The translations under genes were made by a program, and so were the position numbers. This document shows positions 1-10,543 of a DNA stretch of 64,000 bases, piece by piece. The notes under the pieces are model-generated. The model was given only the letters and a program-made list of their open reading frames with translations. It had not been told where the DNA came from and ran no database searches. The DNA comes from Alphaproteobacteria bacterium. GTDB taxonomy: Bacteria > Pseudomonadota > Alphaproteobacteria > Paracaedibacterales > CAITNM01. The first letter of the stretch is position 1. Each line of letters begins with the position of its first letter. The stretch covers positions 53,746-117,745 of the forward strand of contig CANJXJ010000001.1 in assembly GCA_947478955.1 (NCBI GenBank), written 5' to 3'.

Positions 1-2
1 TT

Positions 3-884
3 GTTGTAGCCGGGTCTGAATGGGGTAAAGTACGCGCCATGGTAAATGATCATGGGAAGTCTATTAAACAAGCAGGACCATCTCTTCCTGTTGAAGTGCT
101 TGGCTTTAACGGCGTCCCAGCAGCGGGACATGAATTCTTGGTTGTAGAAAGCGAAGCAAAAGCTCGTGAAATTGCGGAGTCGCGCACTCATCGTAAACGT
201 GACCAAATCGCAAAATCTCGTGTGAAAACTTCTATGGAATCTATCATGAGCCAAATCGCAGCAGGGGACATTAAAGAATTCCCGGTGGTAATAAAGACCG
301 ATGTTCAAGGATCATTAGAAGCTATTACATCAAGTTTGCAAAAATTAATTGGCACCGAAGTAGCGCCGCGTATTTTGCATGGTGGAGTTGGGGGAATTAA
401 TGAGAGCGATGTGACTTTAGCAAGAGCGTCCGGTGGTATTATTATTGGATTTAACGTACGTGCGAATCCCCAAGCCCGTGAGCTTGCTAGACAAGAAGGG
501 TTAGACATTCGTTATTATTCAATTATTTACGATGTCATTGATGATGTAAAAACCATGCTAAGTGGAATGCTAGCGCCGACACTTAAAGAAAAATATCTTG
601 GAAATGCTGCTATCCGTAACGTATTTAACATTACCGGTATTGGTAAAGTTGCAGGGTGCTATATAACTGAAGGCGTGGTAAAACGTGGTGCAAAAGTACG
701 CTTGCTGCGTGATAACGTGGTTATACACGAAGGTACTCTCAAAACTCTTAAACGCTTTAAAGATGAAGTTAAAGAGGTTAAGGAATCATTTGAATGTGGC
801 ATGGCCTTTGAAAATTATAATGACATCCGTGAAGGTGATATTATTGAGTGTTTCGAGATAGAATCAATAGCTCGAAAGCTATAA
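3..884 (+). CDS. infB: Translation initiation factor IF-2, C-terminal ~290 aa (5' end lies upstream of the window)
   Basis: Frame 3 is open from the window edge ([18 protein letters not shown]...), so the ATG at 39 is internal. IF-2 C-terminal blocks are present: [50 protein letters not shown]. Confidence 0.92.
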   Translation, partial: VVAGSEWGKVRAMVNDHGKSIKQAGPSLPVEVLGFNGVPAAGHEFLVVESEAKAREIAESRTHRKRDQIAKSRVKTSMESIMSQIAAGDIKEFPVVIKTDVQGSLEAITSSLQKLIGTEVAPRILHGGVGGINESDVTLARASGGIIIGFNVRANPQARELARQEGLDIRYYSIIYDVIDDVKTMLSGMLAPTLKEKYLGNAAIRNVFNITGIGKVAGCYITEGVVKRGAKVRLLRDNVVIHEGTLKTLKRFKDEVKEVKESFECGMAFENYNDIREGDIIECFEIESIARKL

Positions 885-905
885 TTTCTTGCCCCACAAC
901 ATAGC

Positions 906-1472
906 ATGAGCACAATCACTGAACAAAATTTCGCCCAATATCCTATCTGTGTTGATCTGGATGGGACCTTATGGGCGGGTGATTGCTTATGGCTATGTGC
1001 ACGGGCATTTTTAAAACGTAACCCTTTAGGAATTTTTCAACTTTTATTCTGGTGGTACAAGGGCAGAACACATCTGAAACATCACCTATTAAACTTTGTA
1101 TCATTTGACCCTGGCAAGTTATCGTTTTTTCAAGATATTTTACAATATTTACTTTTGCTTAAAGAGCAGGGTGCCCAAATTTATTTAATAACTGGTTCTG
1201 ATCAACAAATTGCTGATAAGGTTTCTGCGCATCTTAATATTTTTGAGGGTGCTTTTGGCAGCACACTGGGCAATAACTTAGTGGGTAAGAAAAAAGCAAC
1301 GTTACTTAATTCCTTATTTAGGGAGAAAAATTATATCTATTTTGGTAACGAATGGAAGGACCGTTTTGTTTGGCAACATAGCATTGCGGCGGGTGCTGTA
1401 AATGTTGATCAAAAAACATTGAATTGGCTAAACGCTCAGCCTTTCTATACCCGTAGGTTTATTTGTAAATAA
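906..1472 (+). CDS. HAD-superfamily hydrolase-like protein
   Basis: N-terminal CVDLDGTLW matches the HAD motif I (DxDxT). Length is 188 aa. No further specificity can be read. Confidence 0.45.
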   Translation: MSTITEQNFAQYPICVDLDGTLWAGDCLWLCARAFLKRNPLGIFQLLFWWYKGRTHLKHHLLNFVSFDPGKLSFFQDILQYLLLLKEQGAQIYLITGSDQQIADKVSAHLNIFEGAFGSTLGNNLVGKKKATLLNSLFREKNYIYFGNEWKDRFVWQHSIAAGAVNVDQKTLNWLNAQPFYTRRFICK

Positions 1473-1516
1473 TGGGTATAATAAAAAAAAATATCTAGTG
1501 TCTGCCTTCCAAAGAA

Positions 1517-4500
1517 ATGCAAAAATCAGATTTTATTAAAAAAATTCTTCCGAAGAAGAATCAAGAAAACAAAACTTTTGAAGAGTTTGTCGAAGGTTTT
1601 TATCAGCATGTGAGCTTTGGATATTTATTGAACCTTGTTGAACAAGCATCTGAAAGCGTATTAGCAGAAATTGCTGAACGAGCCTTTGAAGTTTTTAAAA
1701 AATCTCCCCCTAAAAATGCTTTTCATATTGAACTTTGTGCATTTGAAAAATATGGACTTCAGGTTTTATTTTTACATAGTGTTACCAAGGCATTTGTTGT
1801 ACGTAGTACAAAGGTATGGTTATCAACAAACCAATTGTTTTGTGATGAAGTGATACACCCCATATTCACTCCCAAAAGACCGTCAACAGAGCTTTCTGAC
1901 TGCTACCAAGGGGAAACTTCAGAATCATTAATTGCGGTTATTCTTCCCTTATCAACAAAGGTTCCTGCCGATTATCAAGAATCGCTTCAGGCGCTTTATA
2001 CTAAATTGACGCTTGTGGTTGATGATTTTTCTAATATGCAACAGTGGGTCGAGAATATTTCTACTTCACTACTTGCACAAAAACAGGAAGACATTAAACA
2101 AGCAGGGGCATTTTTAAATTGGTTAAATAATGAACATTTTGTGTTCCTTGGATTACGCCGTTTTAAGGTTAAGGATTCTTCTTCCCAAAATATTAGTTTT
2201 GAGGATCACGCCACCCACAAGTATGGTGTATTTAAAATAGATGAAGTCAATGAATCTCAAGACTTTACACCTCTTATATTGCAGTTGCAGGCACCTTCCA
2301 ATCAATTTTTTCAGCATCACTTAATGCATATTAAGAAAAAGCATGCCCGTTCTTCCATATACCGCGGTTCTCGAATAGACTCGATTAAAGTACTGGATAT
2401 TAATGCCCAGGGTAAAATCGAAGGAATTACCCAAATTATTGGACTGTTTACTTCAGATTTTTATAAGACATCTCCTCTTGATATTCCATGGTTAAAAGAT
2501 AAAGCGGAACGCGTTTATCAATTGTTTGGATTTTCGCTTAGGTCCCATGACGAAAGACTATTGCGAAATATTATTGATAGCATACCGTTAGATGAATTTT
2601 ATTATTTGTCAGAAGAACAGCTTGCAGCGTTGATTACCCGAATTCTTAATATGTATGATCGAAATGCAGTTTTTGCTCGCGCTGATGAAGTAGGGCGTTC
2701 CCTATCAGTGTTGGTATATTTGCCCAAGCATCGATATAGCGAAAATCTTCGTAATGAACTAGGAATTTTGGTTTCAAAAGAATTTGGCGGAAGATTAACA
2801 TCTACCCATGGATATGTAGGCGATACGTCGTTTGCCCGCTTAATATATACTCTTAGCTTTAATTCTTTAGAAAAGATCACGATCAATGTTGATGACCTAG
2901 AAGAAAAATTATGGGTAGCGTCACAAACTTGGCAGGAGCGATTTACCTATTTTTGTAAAAAGAAAGCGATTACAACATCAATTAATTTTTCTGATCTATA
3001 CTTAAAACTTAACGATCCCGAGGTTGCCGCCTCTGATGCCCATGTTTTATTGAATTGGCTAAAAACAAATGAAAATATTTATTTTGAAACAATAACTAAA
3101 GAGGGCCCTGGAATCATCAGGGTATTCCAGCAGAATGTCCCTCTAACGTTGGGACAAATTATTCCTATTTTCACAAATTTTCAATTAAATATCCAAGCTG
3201 AGCGCACTTTTTTTGCTGAAGTAGATGGGCAAAAAGTGTGGATGCACTATTACGAGATTTCCAATTTAAATGATTTAGTAGTCTCTTCATCGGTTTTAGA
3301 AAAATTAGTAGAGGGTCTAAAGGCAGCCTGGTCAGGATTAATTGAAGTTGATCCTTTCAATGCTTTAACTGTTTCTTGTTGTCTTGATTTTAAGGAAATT
3401 ATTATCTTAAGAGCCTATGGAAGGTTCTTAAAACAGCTCGGATTTAATTATTCTCAAAAATCCTTAGCAGATTGTCTTGTTGCATATCCATCTATTACGC
3501 AGCTAATGATTGAATACTTTTATCAGCGGTTTTCCCTAGACGATTCAAAAGAAGAAAAATTATTAGAGCTCCAGAATTTAAAAGAAAAAATTTTCCAAGA
3601 GTTTTCCATTATCAAACGCCTTGACCATGATAGAATCATGCGCCGTTTTCAAAATGTGATGATGTCAACATTGCGCACCAATGCTTACCAAACTGGATCG
3701 TTGATGCCTTATCCTTGCGTAAGTTTTAAGGTAAGCTCAGTACAAATTATTGATATCCCTAAGCCATCCCCCTTATTTGAAATTTTTGTTTACTCCACAA
3801 CCATGGAAGGCTGTCACCTCAGGGGTGGAAAAATTGCCCGAGGAGGTATTCGTTGGTCTGATCGTCCTGAAGATTTTAGGTCAGAAGTTCTAGGATTAAT
3901 GAAAGCCCAAATGGTTAAAAATTCAGTGATTGTTCCTGTTGGTTCAAAGGGTGGATTTGTTGTTAAAAACTATAACGCCTTGCAAGAATCAGGATGCACT
4001 GATCAAGATCTTAAATCAGCCGTTGTAAGTTCATACAAAGCGTTTATAGAGCAACTTTTAACCATCACAGATAATCTGATCGAAAATCATATTGAGCCCC
4101 CACAGCACGTACTGCGTTATGATGACGACGATCAGTACCTAGTGGTTGCAGCAGATAAAGGTACAGCAACTTTCTCTGATATTGCTAACGAGATTTCAGA
4201 TAGAAGAGGATTTTGGTTGAGCGATGCTTTTGCATCAGGCGGTTCAAAGGGATATGACCATAAAAAATTAGGTATCACTGCACGTGGTGCTTGGATTGCT
4301 GTACGCAGGCATTTTTGGGAAATAGGCATTGATTGCCAAAATACTCCTATATCAGTTGTGGGAGTAGGTGATATGGCGGGCGATGTGTTTGGGAATGGTA
4401 TGTTGCAATCGGAAAAGATTTGTTTGCAAGCTGCGTTTAACCATAAACATATTTTTATTGACCCCACTCCAAATCCCCAAACAAGTTATATTGAAAGACA

Positions 4501-6049
4501 GCGGTTATTCAATGCCCTTGGTGCATGGAGTGAGTATGATCTTTCGAAAATTTCTAAGGGGGGCGGTGTATACGATAGATTTGCCAAAGTCATAGAGATT
4601 ACCCCAGAAGTTGCACAGGTTTTTAACATAGAGCTACCTGAGCTTTCTCCTGATGAATTGATAGTCAGAATTTTACAAGCTCAGGTAGATTTATTATTTT
4701 TTGGAGGTATTGGGACATTTATAAAATCTCAACCCGAAAGCCATACAGCAGTTGCTGATAGAGCGAATGATTCAATACGTGTAGATGCCCGCATGATTAA
4801 AGCAAAAGTCATCGGAGAAGGTGCTAACCTTGGTTTAACTCAGTTAGGTCGGATAGAGTATGCCCAAAATGGTGGACACATTAATACCGATGCTATTGAT
4901 AATTCAGCAGGGGTCGATTGCTCAGACCATGAAGTGAACCTGAAAATTATGTGTCAGGTTTTACTACAGCAAAAATCTATCCACAGTGATCAACGAGATG
5001 AATTATTAGCAAGTTTAGCTGATGAAGTTAGCGAATTGGTGCTGGAAGATAACTGGATGCAAACTCTGGTTTTAACCCGTATGAGCCAAGAATCAAAAAT
5101 TGACCTTAATGCTTATACTACTCTTATTAAAAATCTTGAAAAAAGTGGTGATTTACCTCTGGTAAGAGCTGTCGAAAACATTCCATCAGATGAAGAATTA
5201 CAGCAACGCAAGAATCAACATCAAGGGTTAACACGACCAGAGCTTGCCATTTTGCTGGCCTATTCAAAAATTCATTTATATCAAGATATGTTGCATGCCT
5301 TGCAAAATACCGCATGTTTTGGTGAAACGTATTATGTAGAATATTTCCCTAAGCGTTTTCAAACTGTGTATCAAGATCAGTTAAAATTTCATCCTTTAAA
5401 AGTAGAAATTACTGCAACTGTTCTTGCGAACTTGATTATAAACACCATGGGGCCATGTTTTGTTGGACAGATGTCAGAAGCTTTTAGGGTTGATTCGCTA
5501 GAGGTGGTCAGAGCTTTTGTTGAAGTTTTAGAACAAACCAATTTTGATAAGCAATTGCGGGCTTATAAAACATTTGATCATGATAAAGAAACAACCCTTA
5601 CAGCTTTACGGCGTTTGAGTCGAAATCTTGCTCAATGCGTAATGGTTCGCCTAGCATCACCTCAACATATTTTTGCTGCACAGTTAAAATCTCTTGCTTC
5701 ATCAAAAGTGCCTTTTTCTGTATTATTTACATACCAAGTTAGTCACCAGGGGGTGATTGATATCCACAGAATAGACAACGTCTATAAGAAACTAAATTTG
5801 TCTTATCTATGGAATTGGGCTGAAACTATTTGCCCTGCAACCTCTTGGCAAACTGCATCTTGGCTATTATTGCAGCATGATTTAATTCAAGTGATTGCAA
5901 ACTTATGCCAACAAATTTGGCCAGAGGAAAAGCTTACAGCATATTTTGAGCTTTATGAGCAGCTTAAGAATCACATGTCCAGCTCAGCGGACCCTAGCCA
6001 GCATCTACTGTTGCTAGATTATGTTATCAGACAATTGCGGAGTGTATAG
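1517..6049 (+). CDS. gdhZ: NAD-specific glutamate dehydrogenase, large (~180 kDa) bacterial type
   Basis: The 1510-aa size is diagnostic of this family. Catalytic-core blocks: GGIRWSDRPEDFRSEVLGLMKAQMVKNSVIVPVGSKGGFV, VVAADKGTATFSD, GGSKGYDHKKLGITARGAW, GDMAGDVFGNGML, NTDAIDNSAGVDCSDHEVN. The symbol follows alphaproteobacterial usage (gdhB in Pseudomonas). Confidence 0.9.
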   Translation: MQKSDFIKKILPKKNQENKTFEEFVEGFYQHVSFGYLLNLVEQASESVLAEIAERAFEVFKKSPPKNAFHIELCAFEKYGLQVLFLHSVTKAFVVRSTKVWLSTNQLFCDEVIHPIFTPKRPSTELSDCYQGETSESLIAVILPLSTKVPADYQESLQALYTKLTLVVDDFSNMQQWVENISTSLLAQKQEDIKQAGAFLNWLNNEHFVFLGLRRFKVKDSSSQNISFEDHATHKYGVFKIDEVNESQDFTPLILQLQAPSNQFFQHHLMHIKKKHARSSIYRGSRIDSIKVLDINAQGKIEGITQIIGLFTSDFYKTSPLDIPWLKDKAERVYQLFGFSLRSHDERLLRNIIDSIPLDEFYYLSEEQLAALITRILNMYDRNAVFARADEVGRSLSVLVYLPKHRYSENLRNELGILVSKEFGGRLTSTHGYVGDTSFARLIYTLSFNSLEKITINVDDLEEKLWVASQTWQERFTYFCKKKAITTSINFSDLYLKLNDPEVAASDAHVLLNWLKTNENIYFETITKEGPGIIRVFQQNVPLTLGQIIPIFTNFQLNIQAERTFFAEVDGQKVWMHYYEISNLNDLVVSSSVLEKLVEGLKAAWSGLIEVDPFNALTVSCCLDFKEIIILRAYGRFLKQLGFNYSQKSLADCLVAYPSITQLMIEYFYQRFSLDDSKEEKLLELQNLKEKIFQEFSIIKRLDHDRIMRRFQNVMMSTLRTNAYQTGSLMPYPCVSFKVSSVQIIDIPKPSPLFEIFVYSTTMEGCHLRGGKIARGGIRWSDRPEDFRSEVLGLMKAQMVKNSVIVPVGSKGGFVVKNYNALQESGCTDQDLKSAVVSSYKAFIEQLLTITDNLIENHIEPPQHVLRYDDDDQYLVVAADKGTATFSDIANEISDRRGFWLSDAFASGGSKGYDHKKLGITARGAWIAVRRHFWEIGIDCQNTPISVVGVGDMAGDVFGNGMLQSEKICLQAAFNHKHIFIDPTPNPQTSYIERQRLFNALGAWSEYDLSKISKGGGVYDRFAKVIEITPEVAQVFNIELPELSPDELIVRILQAQVDLLFFGGIGTFIKSQPESHTAVADRANDSIRVDARMIKAKVIGEGANLGLTQLGRIEYAQNGGHINTDAIDNSAGVDCSDHEVNLKIMCQVLLQQKSIHSDQRDELLASLADEVSELVLEDNWMQTLVLTRMSQESKIDLNAYTTLIKNLEKSGDLPLVRAVENIPSDEELQQRKNQHQGLTRPELAILLAYSKIHLYQDMLHALQNTACFGETYYVEYFPKRFQTVYQDQLKFHPLKVEITATVLANLIINTMGPCFVGQMSEAFRVDSLEVVRAFVEVLEQTNFDKQLRAYKTFDHDKETTLTALRRLSRNLAQCVMVRLASPQHIFAAQLKSLASSKVPFSVLFTYQVSHQGVIDIHRIDNVYKKLNLSYLWNWAETICPATSWQTASWLLLQHDLIQVIANLCQQIWPEEKLTAYFELYEQLKNHMSSSADPSQHLLLLDYVIRQLRSV

Positions 6050-6094
6050 ATAAAGCTAGGTGCAAGTTACGAAATGGGTGGGATAATAATCCCC

Positions 6095-6817
6095 CTATAG
6101 CTTAACGCAGCCTGCTTCAATTCGTTCTTTAAGAAGAGGTAAAAATTCACTTCTAGGTAAACCCGCAGGAATAGGATCTAAAAATTCCAAAGTAATACAA
6201 CCTGGCTTTTTAAATCGAGATCTTCTGGCCCAAAATTTTCCCGAATTCAAGGCAACGGGCACTACCGGTACATTGAGTTCTTGGTATAAAATACTAATCC
6301 CAGATTGATAGTCCCCTGATTCACCATAAACTCCACGCCGCCCTTCGGGGAAAATAAGAATTGAAAAATTGTTATCAATAGCTTTTTTACCTTGGTGTAT
6401 CAGCGATTTTAATGATTTCATGCCATTTGACCGATCAATAACAATGCTGTTCAGCTTAATGAGGTAGCTCCCATACCCTGGAATTTGCACTAACTGCTTT
6501 TTTAAAACAATGACGAAACGTTTTACAAGTGTTGAAAAAATAAGCGTTTCCCATGCTGACTGATGCTTACAGGCTAAAATTACCGGACCATTTTCTAAGA
6601 TTTTATCTAATTTGGCTTGACCTAATATTTTATAATCAAGCCCTACAGTTATTTTTAGAGCAAACATAATAATGTGCGTCCAGGTTTTATACCAAAGCAC
6701 ACAGCACCATCTTGGCAATAAAATCACAGGTATCCATAAAATAATGAATAGCGAAATTGTGAAGGCATAAAAAAACACATCAAAACAAAAAGAACGAAGC
6801 CGTGCAACAATATCCAT
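6095..6817 (-). CDS. plsC: 1-acyl-sn-glycerol-3-phosphate acyltransferase
   Basis: N-terminal TM segment. Acyltransferase block KHQSAWET (H-x4-D/E type) and block IFPEGRR. Length is 240 aa. Lies directly downstream of putA on the same strand. Confidence 0.75.
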   Translation of the reverse strand: MDIVARLRSFCFDVFFYAFTISLFIILWIPVILLPRWCCVLWYKTWTHIIMFALKITVGLDYKILGQAKLDKILENGPVILACKHQSAWETLIFSTLVKRFVIVLKKQLVQIPGYGSYLIKLNSIVIDRSNGMKSLKSLIHQGKKAIDNNFSILIFPEGRRGVYGESGDYQSGISILYQELNVPVVPVALNSGKFWARRSRFKKPGCITLEFLDPIPAGLPRSEFLPLLKERIEAGCVKL

Positions 6818-6825
6818 GAGCTTAC

Positions 6826-9800
6826 CTATATACTACTCAACAAAGTTGTGTTTCCGCCGCACGCGGTAACGTTTTGAGTAAAGGTACGCTCATGAACAAA
6901 GCGTAATAGGTAATTAGGGCCGCCTGCTTTAGGCCCTGTACCTGAAAGCCCTTCACCACCAAACGGTTGCACACCAACAACTGCACCGATCATATTGCGA
7001 TTGATGTATAAATTCCCAACTTTTGCAAGTCGTTCAGCTGTTGCAATGGTTGATTCCAGCCGACTATGAATTCCCATGGTTAAACCATACCCTGTTTCAT
7101 TAATTTGGGAGAAAACCTTTTCAAGCTCATCAGCCTTAAAACGTATCACATGAACAACTGGCCCAAAGACTTCTTCTTTTAGTAGGTTAATGCCCTCTAT
7201 TTCCCATAACTCTGGACCAAAAAAATCACCTTCGTTGGGGGCACGACATGTATAAATATTTTTAGCATGTCCTATTTTTTCAAGGCCACTTAGGTACTGT
7301 ATATGGTTTTGAAGATTTTCTTTAGCTGCGCTATCAATAAGTGGACCCACATCCGTGTTCAAGTTTCTAGGATCGTTCACCTCTAGCTCGCTCATGGCGT
7401 TGCTAAGCATGTGCAATAAGTTATCAGCAACATCTTCTTGAATGAATAAAACTCGTAATGCTGAGCAACGTTGCCCAGCACTTTGAAATGCTGAGCTAAT
7501 TACATCCGTGACCACTTGCTCATGCAATGCGGACGAATCAACAATCATCGCATTCATGCCGCCAGTTTCAGCAATCAACGGTATAATTTGTCCTGCTCTG
7601 CTTGCCAACGTTTGGTTAATACGGATAGCAGTATCAGTTGAACCCGTGAAAACAACGCCTTTAATGCGAGCATCTGTTAAAAGGTGCTCAGACACGTCAG
7701 TTCCTTTGCAATGCATAAACTGAAAAACATCCTTTGGCACACCTGCTTTATAGGCAAGCTCAACCGCAAATGCACCAATACGTGGTGTTTGATGCGATGG
7801 TTTTACAAGAACTGTGTTGCCTGTTACTAAAGCGGCAAGGGCTTGACCTAAGAAAATTGCCAAAGGAAAATTCCACGGCGCAATACACACAAATACACCA
7901 CGGGCATGATACGCCAAATTATTTATTTCACCTGTAGGTCCAGGAAGCTGAACGGGTGACTCTAAAAGAAGGCGGGATTGGTTCGCGTAATAATAGCAAA
8001 AATCGATTGCTTCACGAATTTCAGCAATACAATCACCGATAGTTTTTCGTGCCTCAACGCATAAAATTTGAATTAACTCATCCCGGTGTTCATCCAATAG
8101 ATCACCAAGCTTTTCAATAATACGTGCCCGGCTTTCAGTTCCCATTCGCTCCCACCCAACTTGCGCCTGGGCTGCATGATTTAAAAGTTTTTTTAAGTGC
8201 TCTGCTCCAAGGACTTCAGGTGCATCTTTTAATGAGTAGGAATTCATTAGCTGCTGGATATGGCTTAAAAAATCATAAGACGATAAATCATCACCTTTTG
8301 AATTACGTCTATAGGTTCCATACATTTCAGATGGCACTTTAATTTTTGTATGCGGATTGCATTCGGTTTCGACGCATTGCGCACTAACACTTTTTACAAG
8401 TGATTCTATAGGCAAATGCATATCATAGATTTGATGAACAAAGCTGCTGTTAGCTCCATTTTCTAGAAGCCTTCTTACTAAATAGGCTAGCAAGTCCTTA
8501 TATACGCCCACAGGCCCATAAATTCTATGGCGTGCTTGAATATGGCCATAAAGAGATTCACCCATACCATAGAGTCTTTGTAGCTCATATTTTGTCACGG
8601 ATTTTTGCGCCGCCATTTCTAAAACGAAAGAAGCCGTATAAGCGTTGTGGGTAGCAAATTGTCCGTAAATCAAGGGTGAAGCATTTAAGATTTTATCTGC
8701 ACACACAAGGTATGATAAATCTGTGTGGGCTTTTTGAGTAAATACCGGGTAATTACTTAAACCACGTTCCTGGCACCACTTGATTTCGCTATCCCAATAA
8801 GCACCTTTGACAAGGCGAATGTGCATAGGTTCACTGGCAGATTTCGCCAGTAAGATAAGCCAATCGATCACCACATGAGCCCGCTTTTGATATGCTTGAA
8901 CAGCAAGGCCAAAACCGCCCCAACCTTTTAAAGATTCATGGGTGTAGACATCATGTATAATTTCTAAAGATAGCTCCAGTCGCTCTGTTTCTTCAGCATC
9001 AACAGTTAGCATTACGTCAGCGTCTTTAGCGGCTTGGCATAATTTTAGTAATATTTCACCAAGCTCAGCTTTGACAACATCACGCTTTAGGACCTCATAC
9101 CGAGGATGAAGCGCTGACAATTTAATTGAAATACTCGATTTTGCGGCAATATCACCGGCCTGGCCTTTTAACGCTTCGATTGCATTTAGATATGCGTCAA
9201 AATAGCGTTTTGCATCTTCTTTTGTTTTTGCTGCTTCACCAAGCATATCAAAAGAATATAAGTCGTTCCCTTTTTTAGAGCTTGCTTGCTCAATTGTTTC
9301 ACCAGTTACGAATTGATGGCCCATGGTGCGAATAATTTTTGCCATAATTTGGCGAATAAGTGGCTCACCAAAACGACGAATTAATCCTGGAATATGAGAA
9401 AATGCGGATCCTGAAGCTCCTAATGATAAAAACCAGCTTGCTTGATTTAAGCTAAAGTTTGCCAAACGTTCCACCCAAGTAGCTTCATCAGTATTTTCCC
9501 AACTGCCTAGCCCAAGCTTGTCGCGTATTAATTTATTCTTTGTAGAGGTATCTGGAATGCGTAAAAGCGCTTCTGCCATGCACATTAATGCCAAACCTTC
9601 TTGTGTGCTTAAGCGATAAGTTTGTAGCAAACTTTCAATGCGTAAGGGGCTGGGTTTGTTCTGCCTTAAATTATTAATGATGTCTTGAGCTTGTTGAGAA
9701 GCAACTTCATGGAATCCCGATATAGACTCATATTGATTTAGAAGATGAGTAACAGCTTTTGTCTCATCAACGCGATATTGCTTTTCTAGCTGCTTCCACA

Positions 9801-9840
9801 TATGGGACAGCTCAACATTTAAAAATGTGGGGATATACAT
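6826..9840 (-). CDS. putA: Bifunctional proline dehydrogenase / 1-pyrroline-5-carboxylate dehydrogenase
   Basis: About 1004 aa. N-terminal PRODH barrel ([19 protein letters not shown]). C-terminal aldehyde dehydrogenase ([49 protein letters not shown]). The ORF-track start at 9852 is a TTG. The ATG at 9840 is preceded by GGAGA at a 5-nt spacing, so I prefer 9840. Confidence 0.92.
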   Translation of the reverse strand: MYIPTFLNVELSHMWKQLEKQYRVDETKAVTHLLNQYESISGFHEVASQQAQDIINNLRQNKPSPLRIESLLQTYRLSTQEGLALMCMAEALLRIPDTSTKNKLIRDKLGLGSWENTDEATWVERLANFSLNQASWFLSLGASGSAFSHIPGLIRRFGEPLIRQIMAKIIRTMGHQFVTGETIEQASSKKGNDLYSFDMLGEAAKTKEDAKRYFDAYLNAIEALKGQAGDIAAKSSISIKLSALHPRYEVLKRDVVKAELGEILLKLCQAAKDADVMLTVDAEETERLELSLEIIHDVYTHESLKGWGGFGLAVQAYQKRAHVVIDWLILLAKSASEPMHIRLVKGAYWDSEIKWCQERGLSNYPVFTQKAHTDLSYLVCADKILNASPLIYGQFATHNAYTASFVLEMAAQKSVTKYELQRLYGMGESLYGHIQARHRIYGPVGVYKDLLAYLVRRLLENGANSSFVHQIYDMHLPIESLVKSVSAQCVETECNPHTKIKVPSEMYGTYRRNSKGDDLSSYDFLSHIQQLMNSYSLKDAPEVLGAEHLKKLLNHAAQAQVGWERMGTESRARIIEKLGDLLDEHRDELIQILCVEARKTIGDCIAEIREAIDFCYYYANQSRLLLESPVQLPGPTGEINNLAYHARGVFVCIAPWNFPLAIFLGQALAALVTGNTVLVKPSHQTPRIGAFAVELAYKAGVPKDVFQFMHCKGTDVSEHLLTDARIKGVVFTGSTDTAIRINQTLASRAGQIIPLIAETGGMNAMIVDSSALHEQVVTDVISSAFQSAGQRCSALRVLFIQEDVADNLLHMLSNAMSELEVNDPRNLNTDVGPLIDSAAKENLQNHIQYLSGLEKIGHAKNIYTCRAPNEGDFFGPELWEIEGINLLKEEVFGPVVHVIRFKADELEKVFSQINETGYGLTMGIHSRLESTIATAERLAKVGNLYINRNMIGAVVGVQPFGGEGLSGTGPKAGGPNYLLRFVHERTFTQNVTACGGNTTLLSSI

Positions 9841-9855
9841 GACTTTCTCCAAAAA

Positions 9856-9932
9856 TGGTCGGAACGGCGGGATTCGAACCCACGACCCCTATCCCCCCAG
9901 AATAGTGCGCTACCAGGCTGCGCTACGTTCCG
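9856..9932 (-). tRNA. tRNA-Pro (anticodon GGG)
   Basis: The reverse complement folds as a 77-nt cloverleaf. Acceptor CGGAACG/CGTTCCG, D stem GCGC/GCGC, anticodon stem CTATT/GATAG with loop CTGGGGG (GGG, G37). T arm GTGGG-TTCGAAT-CCCGC, discriminator A, encoded CCA. Confidence 0.9.
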
Positions 9933-9941
9933 AACTACATG

Positions 9942-9971
9942 AATATAGCAAATACTTAAGGGATAACACAA
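9942..9971 (-). promoter_or_regulatory. Candidate sigma-70 promoter for tRNA-Pro (and probably putA-plsC)
   Basis: The minus strand reads TTGTGT-18 nt-TATATT, followed by 7 nt and then tRNA position +1. It lies in the 44-nt gap after the DUF2497 gene stop. This is sequence resemblance only. Confidence 0.35.
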
Positions 9972-9976
9972 GGAAA

Positions 9977-10471
9977 TTAGCCGCGACGCATACGTTCAAT
10001 TTCTTTTTCCACAATACCTTCAACAATTTTTCGTAAATTCTGATCAAGCCAATTTTTAATTAAAGGAGTAGCTAATTGGTTTAACAATTCATCTGGCGAT
10101 AACGTTGGAGGGGCCGGAATTGATGCCACAATTTCGCTCTGCAAACGGTTAAAAGGATTATCAGAATCTGGCGTTTGAAAAGGATTTTGTGCCGGCTGAG
10201 AATTAGGATGCATAGAATTTTGCCCTACCTCCGATTTTTCAACTGGCGTCATTGGTGTAAATGAAGGCAAAGGCTGAGTTGCTGCCAAGCTAATCGTTTC
10301 AATCGGAAGCACTTCATCAGTTAACTGAATAACCTCAGGAGTGTAAAGCCTTTTTTCAGTCGCTAAAGAAGCTTCCCCTTTTGGAAAAGTCTGCCCTTCT
10401 GACACGTAACTACGGATGGACGCTAAAATATCGTCCATACTCATATCTTGTTTACTCGTTACTGAGGACAT
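9977..10471 (-). CDS. DUF2497 / PopZ-like pole-organizing protein
   Basis: N-terminal MSMDDILASIRSYVSE, a Pro-rich acidic middle, and C-terminal LLNQLATPLIKNWLDQNLRKIVEGIVEKEIERM. This matches the tripartite PopZ/DUF2497 layout of alphaproteobacteria. The ORF is open to 10507; I chose the start at MSSVTSKQ (10471) and it is uncertain. Confidence 0.6.
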   Translation of the reverse strand: MSSVTSKQDMSMDDILASIRSYVSEGQTFPKGEASLATEKRLYTPEVIQLTDEVLPIETISLAATQPLPSFTPMTPVEKSEVGQNSMHPNSQPAQNPFQTPDSDNPFNRLQSEIVASIPAPPTLSPDELLNQLATPLIKNWLDQNLRKIVEGIVEKEIERMRRG

Positions 10472-10543
10472 AAACCAAGCCTTATACCTTTTGTGACATT
10501 CTAGCAAAAATAAAGCTAGATAGAAAAGAAGAACGTTGCCTAA

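Noticed and set aside
9827-10036. 69-aa + strand ORF ([24 protein letters not shown]...).
   Set aside because: It is simply the antisense of tRNA-Pro (GGIRTHD is the classic translation of a tRNA T-arm) plus the flanking spacer.
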